Shown: positions 27,430 to 38,520, numbered from the stretch's first letter. The stretch is 64,000 bases of DNA from an uncultured virus (IMG/VR IMGVR_UViG_3300010163_003618) (IMGVR_UViG_3300010163_003618); one strand, 5' to 3'. The notes: generated from the letters alone by a model not told the origin. Made by a program: numbers and translations.

Positions 27430-30400
27430 ATGGAAATTTATATGGTAGGTGTTCATAAAAAAGGTAAAGATATAATAGGTTTTAGAATGTTATCATTAGA
27501 AAAGGATAATAAAACGGAAATAAAAGATGTAGCATACACCATTGTGTTAAATACATTACAAGCTGGTCTTGCTAAAATACATAATATTAAGCTTGAAAAC
27601 AATAGAATCAAAGGATCAAACGGTTCACTTGATAGATATGGCATTGTAAATAAGTCACAGTCGCTTGTAATCTTAAAGGAATTACATGATGATAGAGACA
27701 AGTTTATAGGATATTTATGTTCAGATTCTTTAGGAAATACTAAAAGACTTACTGAATCTGAAGCGGTAACATTTGCAGAAAAATTAGGTATAGCTAATGG
27801 AAAAGTTATGCGCACTAATAATTCTGAAAAGCATATATCAAGTATAGAAGGTACTTATGAAACACAGATAGTAAGGCAATCAGTGCTGCAGCAACAGCCT
27901 AAACAACCAGTACAACCACAGCAGCAACCATTAGCACAGCCTCAAGCAAACACCACTAACACATCAAATGCAGAGAAGGATTATTTTAGGGATGCTATGT
28001 TCCTAATATCCCAAATAAATAGTAATCCTGAACGTAAAAAAGCATTTGATAAAAGTTTTGCTAAAAAAATAGAGATATCAATAAAAAGGTATAATAAATG
28101 TTCAAAGAAGCAGTATGATGTAATAGAAAAAGAGTACAATACATTGTTTAACATACAGCAGCCAGTACAGCAAACAGTACAGCAGCCAGAAAAATCAGTT
28201 GCTAAAACAGAACAACCTGTAAAAGAATCAACTAAACAACCTGAATCACCAACAATACAACGGAGATCTTATCAACCCATAGTAATAGCTAAGCCAAACA
28301 CAGATATGGATGAAGTATTAAAATATCAAATAATGAAGAATGGCCAAGTATATGTATGTGGTTTAAATGAGAACAATACAGAAACAACATTAATTATTCC
28401 AGAAACAACTGTATTGAACGGGAAGCAATACAAAATCACAGGCATAAACGTAGGAGCATTTGTAGGTTCAAAAATAAAAGAAGTAAAAACTTCTAAATAT
28501 ATTGAGGACATAGGGCAAGGAGCATTTAAAAGTTGTAAATGGCTTCAAATAGTTGATTTATCTGAATCTAAGCATACACACTTAGCTATGAATTTGTTTA
28601 ATGGATGCAAGAGTTTAAAACAGATCAACATAGGTAATCAAGTACAACGTATACACGAAGCAGCATTCTTTGAGTGTAGTTCACTAGAGTACATTGAATT
28701 GCCTGATTCAACAGATACAATAGCAAGAAATGCATTCTTTGATTGTAATAAACTTGTAGAAATAAAGCATAAAGTAAAAAATATTCATGACTCAGCATTT
28801 AGACACTGTATAAAACTTGAAAACTTTGACTTTCATTCAGTAATAAGCATAGGTGCATATGCATTCAGAGAAACAGGTTTTAAGCATCTGGTTATACCTG
28901 GTAATGTTACCAGTATAGGTACTAAAGCATTTGCAGATTGTTTGGTGCTTGAAACAGTTGAATTACAAGAAGGAGTACAGGAGATAGGTGAGTATTGTTT
29001 CGCTAAATCATCCTATTCTGATGTAATAAGACAGTTAAGAGTGACAGATGTACCTTATACAAGAATAAAAGAAATAACTACTGCAAAATCAATAATTTCA
29101 GTATTGAATGATGCATTCAGACATGTAGAATTAGTTAAGGTATATACAGGATCAACTTGTGAATCACATTGTATAGGGTTTAACATTCCATACGAAAGAA
29201 TTGATGATATAAATTCTGATAACTCAACAAGAGTTAGAATAACATCATCAATTATTGATGTAAATCCTATAGAGACATTATATAAAGCTTTATCAACACC
29301 AGTAGAAAATGCAAGTAACCCTGAATTCGTGATGAATGAATCTAAATTAGTGAATATACCATTCAATGACCAACAGTTACAATTTTTCCATATAGGCAGA
29401 ACAACAGAACAAAAAGAGCCACATATAAAATTTAAAGCAATTGTAAACTACTTGCAAGATGTGAGCAATTTATACCAATTACCTTTATCTAATACAATAC
29501 TAAGATTGCAAGACACATTCTATGTTGAAGCAATTGAATTACTTAATGACAATTGTAATAGATTATATAAAGTAAACTACAGATTGATGGACACCCTAGA
29601 AGAGGGTAGCTATATCATGGTATTAACAGATAATAACTTAAGATATGTAACAGAATGTAATTTATTAACAGACATAGAAATTGAGAACACTTTTGCTACT
29701 AATGATGCACTACCAGTAAAGAAATTTTTACATGCAGGTGATACCATAGGAAAACAAGGGACAATAAGTGGTCAGAGTAGCATAATCAGAATAGAAGACA
29801 GCTATAAAAGAATAAATGTAGGGGAGATGCTGTTAGAAAGACTTAAAAATCACGGTATAACATTTAAGACAACAAAGAAAGATAGTATATTATACTTGCC
29901 AGTATGTGGTTTAGCATTGAATTTACATGATGGACGTATATGGGATAGACCAGGGGTAATAAGTAAGAATACCAAGGATTGTATTAACTTAATCAATATA
30001 CTAAATTATGATGAAATGAAAAATACGCTTAAGAATACTAAGAAAAATGCTTATAATGCTACAAGACTGTTTGATGACCTAGCAAAAATGAGTGATAGGG
30101 CGGTGAAAGTAAGAATTTCTAATCTGGCTACAATAGAAGATGAAAAAGAGGCACAGCTATTCCAAGTTAGTAAACATTTCAGGGATATAATAGACAAGGC
30201 AAGATTAAATGAAGTTAGTATAACTCCAAATCTAATAACACCTGAAATATTTATGGAACTCTCTAGATCATATTGGATGGTCAGCAAAGATGAACAGTGG
30301 CTAAGTAGTACTGGTAATAAGGCATTGAATAAGATGAATGAATACTCTATAGGTAAGTATAAACTCATAGAGTATAAAAGTAATCAGATAGTTAAATTTA

Positions 30401-31416
30401 ACAATCCATACATGAACGGACAAAAAGGTGCATTTGTATTTACATTAATGCAAGGTGGAAACATAATAGGAGTTTATGCGAGTAGATATAGTATAGATAT
30501 TATAGTTAAGAAGCTTTATGCATTAACTGATATGTCTAAGGTTCCTGAAGATGAAGCAATACCAGTATTAATGCAATCAGCAGAAAATATTGATAAAGTC
30601 AATCCAAATCTATTCTATACATTCTATGATGTGTTACAGTCAAAGAATGGCTGGAACTTCAACACAATGTATAGCAATTATAACTACAGTGCAAGCTTCC
30701 ATATTTCAATGTATAAGCCTACTGGAATTTTCTACTTAACACTGAATAGAGTAACTATATCAGAGAGAAAAGTGGAAGGAAATAAAGAAAAATTCATGAT
30801 GGCATATAAGGTTATGCCACTGTTACCCATAGGAAATATGGATAGGGCATTAATGGTAGCTACAACTACCAATACAAATGCTAAAGACTCCAAGTTATTA
30901 GAGGAATTAATGGCAATAATGAGTATGGAAGAGATAAGGGATAACAGAATGGTGCTTGGTCATAAAGTATCAAAAATAAAATATGAAAAGATAAGAGATA
31001 ATTATATACAAGCAAGACAGCTAGTAATAAATGGTGATAAAGATATAAGCAAGTATAAAGCCTTAATAGATGATAGAGCAGTTTATATGTTAGGAACACT
31101 TCATAAAGGGAAATTGCAACGTGAGAAAGATGTAATAGACAATACAAATATAGTAGATGATATAGATCTAGATGAATCATTTGATATAGAAGAAAATGAC
31201 ACCGATGAAATTGAAGATATCAATATAAATGATGAAGATTACTTAGAGGAAATTGAACTTGACGAAGATGAATTAGACATAGAAGAAGATAGTGATAATG
31301 CAATCATATCTGAAAAAGAATTTATAGAAATAGCTAAGTCACAAGGAGTTACAGATATCAATACCATTAAAGCAATGTATCTAAAATACAGCATAAGTCA
31401 ACAATCAAACAATTAA
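27430..31416 (+). CDS. Large modular protein: two DUF3892-like repeats, Q/P linker, BspA-type leucine-rich repeats, unknown C-domain, acidic tail
   Basis: IGxxAFxxCxxLxxIxLP repeats (e.g. IGQGAFKSCKWL, IGTKAFADCLVL); GGAGG SD before 27430. Confidence 0.8.
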   Translation: MEIYMVGVHKKGKDIIGFRMLSLEKDNKTEIKDVAYTIVLNTLQAGLAKIHNIKLENNRIKGSNGSLDRYGIVNKSQSLVILKELHDDRDKFIGYLCSDSLGNTKRLTESEAVTFAEKLGIANGKVMRTNNSEKHISSIEGTYETQIVRQSVLQQQPKQPVQPQQQPLAQPQANTTNTSNAEKDYFRDAMFLISQINSNPERKKAFDKSFAKKIEISIKRYNKCSKKQYDVIEKEYNTLFNIQQPVQQTVQQPEKSVAKTEQPVKESTKQPESPTIQRRSYQPIVIAKPNTDMDEVLKYQIMKNGQVYVCGLNENNTETTLIIPETTVLNGKQYKITGINVGAFVGSKIKEVKTSKYIEDIGQGAFKSCKWLQIVDLSESKHTHLAMNLFNGCKSLKQINIGNQVQRIHEAAFFECSSLEYIELPDSTDTIARNAFFDCNKLVEIKHKVKNIHDSAFRHCIKLENFDFHSVISIGAYAFRETGFKHLVIPGNVTSIGTKAFADCLVLETVELQEGVQEIGEYCFAKSSYSDVIRQLRVTDVPYTRIKEITTAKSIISVLNDAFRHVELVKVYTGSTCESHCIGFNIPYERIDDINSDNSTRVRITSSIIDVNPIETLYKALSTPVENASNPEFVMNESKLVNIPFNDQQLQFFHIGRTTEQKEPHIKFKAIVNYLQDVSNLYQLPLSNTILRLQDTFYVEAIELLNDNCNRLYKVNYRLMDTLEEGSYIMVLTDNNLRYVTECNLLTDIEIENTFATNDALPVKKFLHAGDTIGKQGTISGQSSIIRIEDSYKRINVGEMLLERLKNHGITFKTTKKDSILYLPVCGLALNLHDGRIWDRPGVISKNTKDCINLINILNYDEMKNTLKNTKKNAYNATRLFDDLAKMSDRAVKVRISNLATIEDEKEAQLFQVSKHFRDIIDKARLNEVSITPNLITPEIFMELSRSYWMVSKDEQWLSSTGNKALNKMNEYSIGKYKLIEYKSNQIVKFNNPYMNGQKGAFVFTLMQGGNIIGVYASRYSIDIIVKKLYALTDMSKVPEDEAIPVLMQSAENIDKVNPNLFYTFYDVLQSKNGWNFNTMYSNYNYSASFHISMYKPTGIFYLTLNRVTISERKVEGNKEKFMMAYKVMPLLPIGNMDRALMVATTTNTNAKDSKLLEELMAIMSMEEIRDNRMVLGHKVSKIKYEKIRDNYIQARQLVINGDKDISKYKALIDDRAVYMLGTLHKGKLQREKDVIDNTNIVDDIDLDESFDIEENDTDEIEDININDEDYLEEIELDEDELDIEEDSDNAIISEKEFIEIAKSQGVTDINTIKAMYLKYSISQQSNN

Positions 31417-31430
31417 AAGTAAAACACATT

Positions 31431-31460
31431 AAGGTGATGGTAAAATCCATCACCTTTTTA
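31431..31460 (+). terminator. Intrinsic terminator
   Basis: AAGGTGATGG/CCATCACCTT plus T-tract. Confidence 0.85.
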
Positions 31461-31537
31461 TTGTTTGTCTAAATATTTATCATATAAAACATTAGGGGTT
31501 GTCTTTATTTTTAAATATTAATTTTGGAGGATACATA

Positions 31538-32878
31538 ATGAAATCAGTAAAAATTATAATAAGTATATTAGTATGTATTAGTATTTTAATATCAACACCA
31601 TTTAAAACAAAAGCATCCAGCTTAGAAGGTAAAAATACATTAACACTAACATTAGGTGAGAATTTAACTGATGAACAATGTCAGCTTATTTTTAATTATC
31701 TTCAAATAACAGAGGATTCAGTTAATATAATAACAGTAACAAATGAAGATGAAAGAAGATATCTGGAAGGAATTATAGATTCAAGTAAAATAGGTACGAA
31801 AACATATAGTTGTAGTTTAATACAACCTACAGAATCAGGTGGTATACATGTAAAAACAGTTAATTTAACATATGTAACATGTGATATGTTGCGGAACGCA
31901 TTAATAACATCAGGGATTAACAATTGCAATATTATAGCTGTGTCACCTATTGAAGTATCCGGCACAGGTTCTTTAACTGGTATATTCAAAGCATATGAAC
32001 AAGTAAGCGGTGAGGAATTAAGCGAAGAAAAGAAGGAATTGGCATCACAAGAATTAGTAACAACAATAGATTTGGCAAATAATATTGGACAAGATAATGC
32101 AACTACATTATTAAGTAATTTAAAAGAATCAGTAATAGTTAATAATACAGTAGATAAAGATGAAATAGCAAATATAATAAGTAAATACATATCAGAACAT
32201 AATATAAAAATTACTGAAGAACAAAAATGGCAACTTGTAGATTTTTTATTAAATATATCGCAACAGGAATATAACATAGAGGAAGTCAAAACAGCTTATA
32301 ATGATATAAAGCAAACAGTAAATGATATAAAAGAAGCAGCAGACAAAACAAAGAATATCTTTCAAAAAATAGGAGAATTCTTTAAGGATTTATGGGCAAA
32401 AATAAGTGGTACATATGATGAAATCAAAGAAACAGAAGAATGCCAAATGATATCAGAGCAACTAGGTATACTTACACAGACAAATGAGAGTTTATTAGGA
32501 GATGAAACAGTAGTAACAATTACAGAGGATGAATCAATCATAGAAGAAATAAAAGAGGACACTAAACAATCAGAGGATAATAAAGAAATTAATCAAAATC
32601 AAGAAAACTGGCAGGATTCACCAGAAATAAATGAAATAACATTTGAAGATTTTTCAACAATAAATGAAGAACAATCCAATAATGGTAGCGATGCAGTTAT
32701 ATTTGAAGACTTAAACCCAGCAAATGATACAGAGAATTCAGGTATGTTGCAGTATGTAATATATCACTTACAAAGTTTAAAACTAGGAGAGACATATGAA
32801 TATAAATCATCAAACATAGATGACAATACAGATAATCAAGAGCAACTAACACAATCATTTGATCAATTAACAAAATAA
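31538..32878 (+). CDS. Secreted DUF1002 (YpuA-like) protein with acidic tail
   Basis: Signal peptide; LGENLT, VTNEDERRYL, NALITSGI, VSGTGSLTGIFKAYE. Confidence 0.88.
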   Translation: MKSVKIIISILVCISILISTPFKTKASSLEGKNTLTLTLGENLTDEQCQLIFNYLQITEDSVNIITVTNEDERRYLEGIIDSSKIGTKTYSCSLIQPTESGGIHVKTVNLTYVTCDMLRNALITSGINNCNIIAVSPIEVSGTGSLTGIFKAYEQVSGEELSEEKKELASQELVTTIDLANNIGQDNATTLLSNLKESVIVNNTVDKDEIANIISKYISEHNIKITEEQKWQLVDFLLNISQQEYNIEEVKTAYNDIKQTVNDIKEAADKTKNIFQKIGEFFKDLWAKISGTYDEIKETEECQMISEQLGILTQTNESLLGDETVVTITEDESIIEEIKEDTKQSEDNKEINQNQENWQDSPEINEITFEDFSTINEEQSNNGSDAVIFEDLNPANDTENSGMLQYVIYHLQSLKLGETYEYKSSNIDDNTDNQEQLTQSFDQLTK

Positions 32879-33038
32879 ATAGAACTAAAGCTAAATTACT
32901 GGAACTATCCAAAACAAATCATGATATAACTGAACTAAGCTAGCTGTAATCTGAACTAATACTAGAAAATAGGCATATAGTAGATATAGAAGAAAAAATT
33001 TTTAATTGTATTTGATTAAAAATGAAAGGAAGGAAGAC

Positions 33039-33632
33039 ATGGTATTTACTATTGAATCATTTAATAAGGAATTTGATATTTATACCGTCTCTAGTGATAC
33101 TAATGAAAAGAGAATGGTAACATCTACACAAATTGCTCAAGTATTAGCTCAAGGATATACTTTTACTAATGCTTTCCTTACAAGGAAAGGGTTTGGCATA
33201 CAATATAATAAGAGAACAAAGTATATTCAAATTAATAACATGCCTAAGCAATTAGACGCAATGATAGTAAATAGATTAAATTATCTGAAAGCTGAAGAGG
33301 AAAATAAAAAGAAGCAAATGACAGAAGCTATAAAAAAACCTACAGTAAAAGCTTCCTTACCAACCACAAAATCAAGTAAAAACATTGCACAATCTATAAC
33401 AAGCAATAGAAATAAGAGCATAGTATACAAAGGAGAAGTTTATTTATCATTAGAAAATTTATGCAAATCATTTAATAGAGATATAAATAGCTTTAAAGAA
33501 TTATATAAAAAAGGATATTCCATGGATGAATGCTTAGGCTTAATTCAGCCAAGACCTGAGTCTATGGTAACACCTCGTAAAGAAACACAGAGAATAGTGG
33601 AGTCACTTGATAAAATTAAGACAGAAGATTAA
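33039..33632 (+). CDS. Hypothetical protein (DUF3892-like N-terminus, possible C-terminal DNA-binding segment)
   Basis: VTSTQIAQVLAQGYTFTNAFLT; IVYKGEVYLSLENLCKSF. Confidence 0.55.
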   Translation: MVFTIESFNKEFDIYTVSSDTNEKRMVTSTQIAQVLAQGYTFTNAFLTRKGFGIQYNKRTKYIQINNMPKQLDAMIVNRLNYLKAEEENKKKQMTEAIKKPTVKASLPTTKSSKNIAQSITSNRNKSIVYKGEVYLSLENLCKSFNRDINSFKELYKKGYSMDECLGLIQPRPESMVTPRKETQRIVESLDKIKTED

Positions 33633-33655
33633 GAAAAAGAAAGGTGGAAAAAGAT

Positions 33656-34387
33656 ATGGCAGTATTAGTAGTAAGAGTTATAAAGAAATATTATGACAAG
33701 GATGACAAGCTTTTAGGATATGAAATTATGTCTAAAGCAGGAGAGAAGAGGTCAGTATACAAGGATCAGCTGAAGAATGCTATAGCTAATGGTCAGGTAG
33801 TTTGTGAAAACATGACATTTACATCAGATGGACGTTTAATTGGTAGAGCATCAGTAAAGCCTGTAGAACGAAAAGCAAAAAATCCTGGACAGCAAAAATC
33901 AGTTCCAATTCAAACCGTAGCTGTAAAAGCAATTATAACTAACGGTAGAAAAATTGGTGGTGCATTACTTGATGTGGCTCCATCTACACAGTACAAAGAA
34001 TTTGAAACTGGGCTTAATGCAGAAGCAAGCATCAAGTCAGGTAGATACAGTAACATTAGTATTGTAAATGGTAAGCCTGACTTTAACAACGTAAAGAAAA
34101 TATCATACAGTAAGATAAAGCCAAAGCTCATTAGGATTTTAGCAGATAACGGTATTAATCCCTCATTTGATGTACAGAAGTTTGGATCAGACGAATCTAA
34201 TAAGTATGGCTACAACATAACAGTTGATACCACCAACGGGTTAAATGTAATAAGGCTACTTGTAGAAAACGAGATGATACTGGCTAAAAATAAAGTACTT
34301 GGATTTGATGGAAACTGCATCAAGGTTGAATGTATTACAGGTATAAAAGATGTACGTAAGGTAGTCAAAGGAATCAAGATTGGATAA
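33656..34387 (+). CDS. Hypothetical protein with DUF3892-like repeat(s)
   Basis: LLGYEIMSKAGEKRSVYKDQLKNAIANGQVVCENM. Confidence 0.6.
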   Translation: MAVLVVRVIKKYYDKDDKLLGYEIMSKAGEKRSVYKDQLKNAIANGQVVCENMTFTSDGRLIGRASVKPVERKAKNPGQQKSVPIQTVAVKAIITNGRKIGGALLDVAPSTQYKEFETGLNAEASIKSGRYSNISIVNGKPDFNNVKKISYSKIKPKLIRILADNGINPSFDVQKFGSDESNKYGYNITVDTTNGLNVIRLLVENEMILAKNKVLGFDGNCIKVECITGIKDVRKVVKGIKIG

Positions 34388-34420
34388 GTAATAAAATTAA
34401 GTTTAAGGAGTGTATAAAAT

Positions 34421-34894
34421 ATGATTATTGAAGTACTTAATATAGAAATGACACCTGATGGTAGTGTAAGTACTATTACTGTTACAGATGGTAATGAAAT
34501 AAGAGATGTAACACCTAATATGATATTTGATGCACTCCTAAATGGTAGAATGGAAAGTAATACAGCTAGATTAACATTAACGGGCATAGAGGTATTATGT
34601 AACTCACAGATTACAAGTATAACTTTATCAATGAGTGCAACAACACGTAAAATGGTCAAACTTAGACTTGGAATGGATATAAGAACAGAAAAAGAAAAGA
34701 AAATTACAGAGGCATCAGCTAAAGAAGCAAAGTTAGCAGCTGAAAGAGCAGCAGCTAAAGAAAAGCAGAAACAATGGTTTGAAGAAAACAAGAGAAAAGC
34801 TGATGAGGCTAGGGCAAATGGCTTAATCAGGGGTAAAAATGGGGAATCAATTAGACCACGCGCAAAGGTTAGTTTAAGCAATGAGGTTGATTGA
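34421..34894 (+). CDS. Hypothetical protein, DUF3892-like N-terminus plus charged helix
   Basis: ITVTDGNEIRDVTPNMIFDALLNGRM. Confidence 0.55.
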   Translation: MIIEVLNIEMTPDGSVSTITVTDGNEIRDVTPNMIFDALLNGRMESNTARLTLTGIEVLCNSQITSITLSMSATTRKMVKLRLGMDIRTEKEKKITEASAKEAKLAAERAAAKEKQKQWFEENKRKADEARANGLIRGKNGESIRPRAKVSLSNEVD

Positions 34895-34947
34895 ACAAAA
34901 TAAGAACAAAAAGAAGAGTAATAGGAGGAGCATTTAAATTTTAAGGG

Positions 34948-34990
34948 ATAACATCAATGCAAAACTACAATTGCATTGATGTTATTTTTA
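34948..34990 (+). terminator. Intrinsic terminator
   Basis: ATAACATCAATGCAA/TTGCATTGATGTTAT plus T-tract. Confidence 0.8.
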
Positions 34991-35043
34991 TTTTAAATTT
35001 ATAAAATAAAATTTATGAATTTCAATAAAAGTAGAAAAATATA

Positions 35044-35072
35044 TTGACAAAAAAGAAATTATAAATTATAAT
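35044..35072 (+). promoter_or_regulatory. sigmaA-type promoter
   Basis: TTGACA-17 nt-TATAAT. Confidence 0.85.
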
Positions 35073-35207
35073 ATAGTACATAAAGGGAAGGAATTTATAT
35101 TATGGAAAAAGTTATTGTAAAATTAATTAAAGGAAGGCATGAAATACCTATAAAAAGATTACTATAAAGAGATAAAAATAAACATAGAAAGGTAGGACAA
35201 GAGATCA

Positions 35208-35912
35208 ATGTTGGAAATCACCAAGGGTTATAAGGTAGGCAAGGCAGTATTATTTTATGACTTAACAGACATTGACAGCACTGTAAAAGAAAGGGTGTCC
35301 AAGGAGGATGTAGTAAAGGCATGTAGTGATGGTCAGATATCAAATGCCAAGATTCAGTGGTGGGAAGGGAAACCCATTGTAAGGTGTTCTGATAAGAATC
35401 TACCCCTGGTGAAGCTGGATGATAAAGGAAATGTCATAGGAGAGGCACGGAGGGCTATAAGAGTTTATAGCGGTACAGGTAGTAGAAGTGCCAATTGTAC
35501 ATCCAGAAAGCAAAGAGAAGATCAGGTACCCACTCAGGCTGTAATTAATTCCACGGTAGTGGGTAAGTTAAACGGAAATAGCAGTAAGAAAGTAAAACCT
35601 GACATTCATTATGGTGGATATGACAAAAAATACAAAGACTACCAGCATAAATTAAAAAGTACAGTTGACCTTAAGGGGTTAAATACTGTAGGTGATTTGT
35701 TCGATAAAATGGCCGAAGACTTCAGACTTAAAAATGTAGAAGCCTACAGAAATCAGATATCCAAAAAGGTTGACATGAACAAAAAAGTAGTTGGTATGAA
35801 CGGTAGTCATGTGGCAGCTATACAGGAAAGTTTTGCAATTTATATGATGAACATGGCAGAGCAAGAGTTGAATGAAACATATATAAAGTACAGAAGCTTG
35901 TACGATGTATAA
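35208..35912 (+). CDS. Hypothetical protein with DUF3892-like N-terminal domain
   Basis: VSKEDVVKACSDGQISNAKIQWWEGKPIV aligns with the second repeat of 14316. Confidence 0.65.
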   Translation: MLEITKGYKVGKAVLFYDLTDIDSTVKERVSKEDVVKACSDGQISNAKIQWWEGKPIVRCSDKNLPLVKLDDKGNVIGEARRAIRVYSGTGSRSANCTSRKQREDQVPTQAVINSTVVGKLNGNSSKKVKPDIHYGGYDKKYKDYQHKLKSTVDLKGLNTVGDLFDKMAEDFRLKNVEAYRNQISKKVDMNKKVVGMNGSHVAAIQESFAIYMMNMAEQELNETYIKYRSLYDV

Positions 35913-35941
35913 AATATAAAAAATTATACATACTAAAGATA

Positions 35942-35980
35942 AGGCTACTTGATATTATTTTATCAAGTAGCCTATTTTTG
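35942..35980 (+). terminator. Intrinsic terminator
   Basis: AGGCTACTTGATA/TATCAAGTAGCCT plus T-tract. Confidence 0.85.
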
Positions 35981-36052
35981 CTGTTATTACCTAGATAATT
36001 ACATTTAAATATTGAGGTTAATTATTTTAATTTATTTTAGGAGTAGAAAAAT

Positions 36053-37132
36053 ATGGTAAAAGTCATTTACTTTAATCAATGGGTCAGCAGTATAACTGAT
36101 GTAATGCAAGATTTAAAACAAAGACACACTAATAAAATAAAAATTATAGCATCATCAAAAAATGAGGATCATGTATATAAATCTGCAGCAGATGAGTTTA
36201 TAATAGAAGACTGGGAAGAAGTTAAAGATGATATTGAGAAAACCAAGCTAAACTATATAAATTGGTTATTAGAAACATGTTCAAAATATAAGGTTGATTT
36301 ATTTTTTGTAAAAAAGCATGCAGAGTGGATAGCAGAATATAGTTATAAATTTGCAATCAACAATGTGATACTAATAAATGAAAGTGAAACTACACTTAAG
36401 AAATTTAATAATAAGTCAGACATATACAAACTACTTGAACAGCATAATGAATTAAAAAGATTCATTCCAGATTATATAGTTGTTAATAAATTACAAAAAG
36501 ACAAATATATACAGGCAATAATAAGCAATCTAAAAACAGGTTTATGGTGTTTTAAACTTAATAGTGACGAGGGTGGAGCAAGCTTCAGAAAAGTAGATAA
36601 TAAGAGTTTGTCAATGAACTCCTTATATAACTTTAGAACAAATACTGTAACATTTGATGAAGCACAGCAATTTGTAAATAATATTAGTGAAGAAGACTTA
36701 AGCAAGTTAATTTTTATGGAAATACTTGATAGTCCAGAGATTAGCATAGATTGTTATAATAGCAAGCAAGGATTTATAGCCATTTGCAGAGCAAAAGAGA
36801 ATGGTACAAGAAAACAAAGGATATTCTACAATAAAGAATTATATGATGTTTGTAAGAGTATTTGTAACATATTAAAATTAGATTTTCCATTCAATGTACA
36901 ATTTAGGGTTAAGCATGATACAAGTGGTATAGATAATATAGAAAATCTAAGACTGCTTGAAATAAATCCTAGAATGTCCGGTGGAGTATATTATGCTACT
37001 GCATTAGGTATGAATATTGCTAATATATGTTTATGTGATATGCTAAATTTAACTAATGAGTATGACATAAAGAATTATATAGGTTTTGAAACAAAATATG
37101 TTACACATACAGAAAGAGTAGTTATACTGTAA
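36053..37132 (+). CDS. ATP-grasp domain protein (Ter-associated)
   Basis: IYFNQW, ADE, EGGASFR, PEISIDC, NVQF, LLEINPRMSGG. Confidence 0.87.
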   Translation: MVKVIYFNQWVSSITDVMQDLKQRHTNKIKIIASSKNEDHVYKSAADEFIIEDWEEVKDDIEKTKLNYINWLLETCSKYKVDLFFVKKHAEWIAEYSYKFAINNVILINESETTLKKFNNKSDIYKLLEQHNELKRFIPDYIVVNKLQKDKYIQAIISNLKTGLWCFKLNSDEGGASFRKVDNKSLSMNSLYNFRTNTVTFDEAQQFVNNISEEDLSKLIFMEILDSPEISIDCYNSKQGFIAICRAKENGTRKQRIFYNKELYDVCKSICNILKLDFPFNVQFRVKHDTSGIDNIENLRLLEINPRMSGGVYYATALGMNIANICLCDMLNLTNEYDIKNYIGFETKYVTHTERVVIL

Positions 37133-37149
37133 AACAAGAGAAAGTAAAG

Positions 37150-38475
37150 GTGATAAAAATGTCAAACTTAATGAGAACAATACACGACCCTAAGACTTAT
37201 ATCAGCAACTCTTCTGAAGGCAGACAATTTAAGATTAATAATCTTACCGTAGAGCATAGAAGCAATAATGCAAAAAGAGACTTCCTTTTTGTAAATAAAA
37301 CACAATGTAAACATATACCATGTAGCCCTATTAAAATGATAAAGGCATGTGAGATTTTAGCACAAGAAATAAATAGTTTCTTTTCAATAAATACAAGATA
37401 TGCTAATAAAGTATTAGTAATAGCATTTGCAGAAACTGCTACAGCTATAGGAAACATAGTAGCAAATTATGTCCGTGATTGTACATATATTATGACAACT
37501 ACGCGTGAGGATATACCAAATAGCAAAGAACTTATAACATTTGAAGAAGAACATAGCCATTCAACAACTCAAAAGTTGTTAACTTATGATGATGGTAGCT
37601 TTGATATATATAACTATGACTTTATATTATTCATAGATGATGAAATTACAACTGGTAACACAATACTAAATTTCATTAAAGCATTTGAAAAAAGGTTTCC
37701 TACGAAAAGGTTCAGCTATGGTGTAGCAAGTATATGTAATTGGATGAACATAGAAAATAGACGTGTATTCAAGGATAAATCAATAGAAACATTCTATTTA
37801 ATAGAAGGTATATTAATCGATGCTTCATTAAAATTAATTAATAACATTAATAGCAATATAGAATTTGAGTCAAGAATTGATAACTTAAATAAAAACAGTA
37901 AAGATAGTGGGTTACTCATTCATTATTCAGCATATGACAATAAAAGTAAAAATACATCAGAGGATAACATATTTAGACAAGAAAGATTAGGAAAGACACC
38001 AGGTAACTTGACAGACATGACTATTAGAGAGTTTACAAGAAAAGATCATATACTAAATGATTTAATAGTCAAAATCAAAGGATTGATTGAAAGATTAAAC
38101 GAGCAAGGTAATAACATCACCTCCATAAGAGTTATTGGTACTGAGGAGTTTATGTATATTCCAATTATGGTAGCAGCATACCTTGAAGAAGCTAGATATG
38201 AAGTAATTTGTCACAGCACAACAAGAAGTCCCATAGATAAAATACAGTATAGAAAAGGTATGACACAGGTAAGTGGTATACAAGATAATATAGTAAGCAA
38301 GTATTCAGTTTTAAGTCCCTATGATAAAAATAGAGAGACATTCATTTATAATATAAATGAATGGACAGACTTAACTATTATCATTACAGATGTAGATATG
38401 GATTATGATACAAAAATGGATTATTATGATTTGTTAAAGCCATACTGTGAAAATATAGCACTATACAACGTTTAA
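37150..38475 (+). CDS. Phosphoribosyltransferase plus TRSP domain protein (Ter-associated)
   Basis: RSNNAKRDFLFV, KHIP, FAETATAIG, FEEEHSH, DDEITTGNT, GTEEFMYIP, STTRSPI. Confidence 0.9.
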   Translation: MIKMSNLMRTIHDPKTYISNSSEGRQFKINNLTVEHRSNNAKRDFLFVNKTQCKHIPCSPIKMIKACEILAQEINSFFSINTRYANKVLVIAFAETATAIGNIVANYVRDCTYIMTTTREDIPNSKELITFEEEHSHSTTQKLLTYDDGSFDIYNYDFILFIDDEITTGNTILNFIKAFEKRFPTKRFSYGVASICNWMNIENRRVFKDKSIETFYLIEGILIDASLKLINNINSNIEFESRIDNLNKNSKDSGLLIHYSAYDNKSKNTSEDNIFRQERLGKTPGNLTDMTIREFTRKDHILNDLIVKIKGLIERLNEQGNNITSIRVIGTEEFMYIPIMVAAYLEEARYEVICHSTTRSPIDKIQYRKGMTQVSGIQDNIVSKYSVLSPYDKNRETFIYNINEWTDLTIIITDVDMDYDTKMDYYDLLKPYCENIALYNV

Positions 38476-38520
38476 AAGAAACAAAAAATAAACAAAACAA
38501 GAAAGTGAAAGGGTACACAC

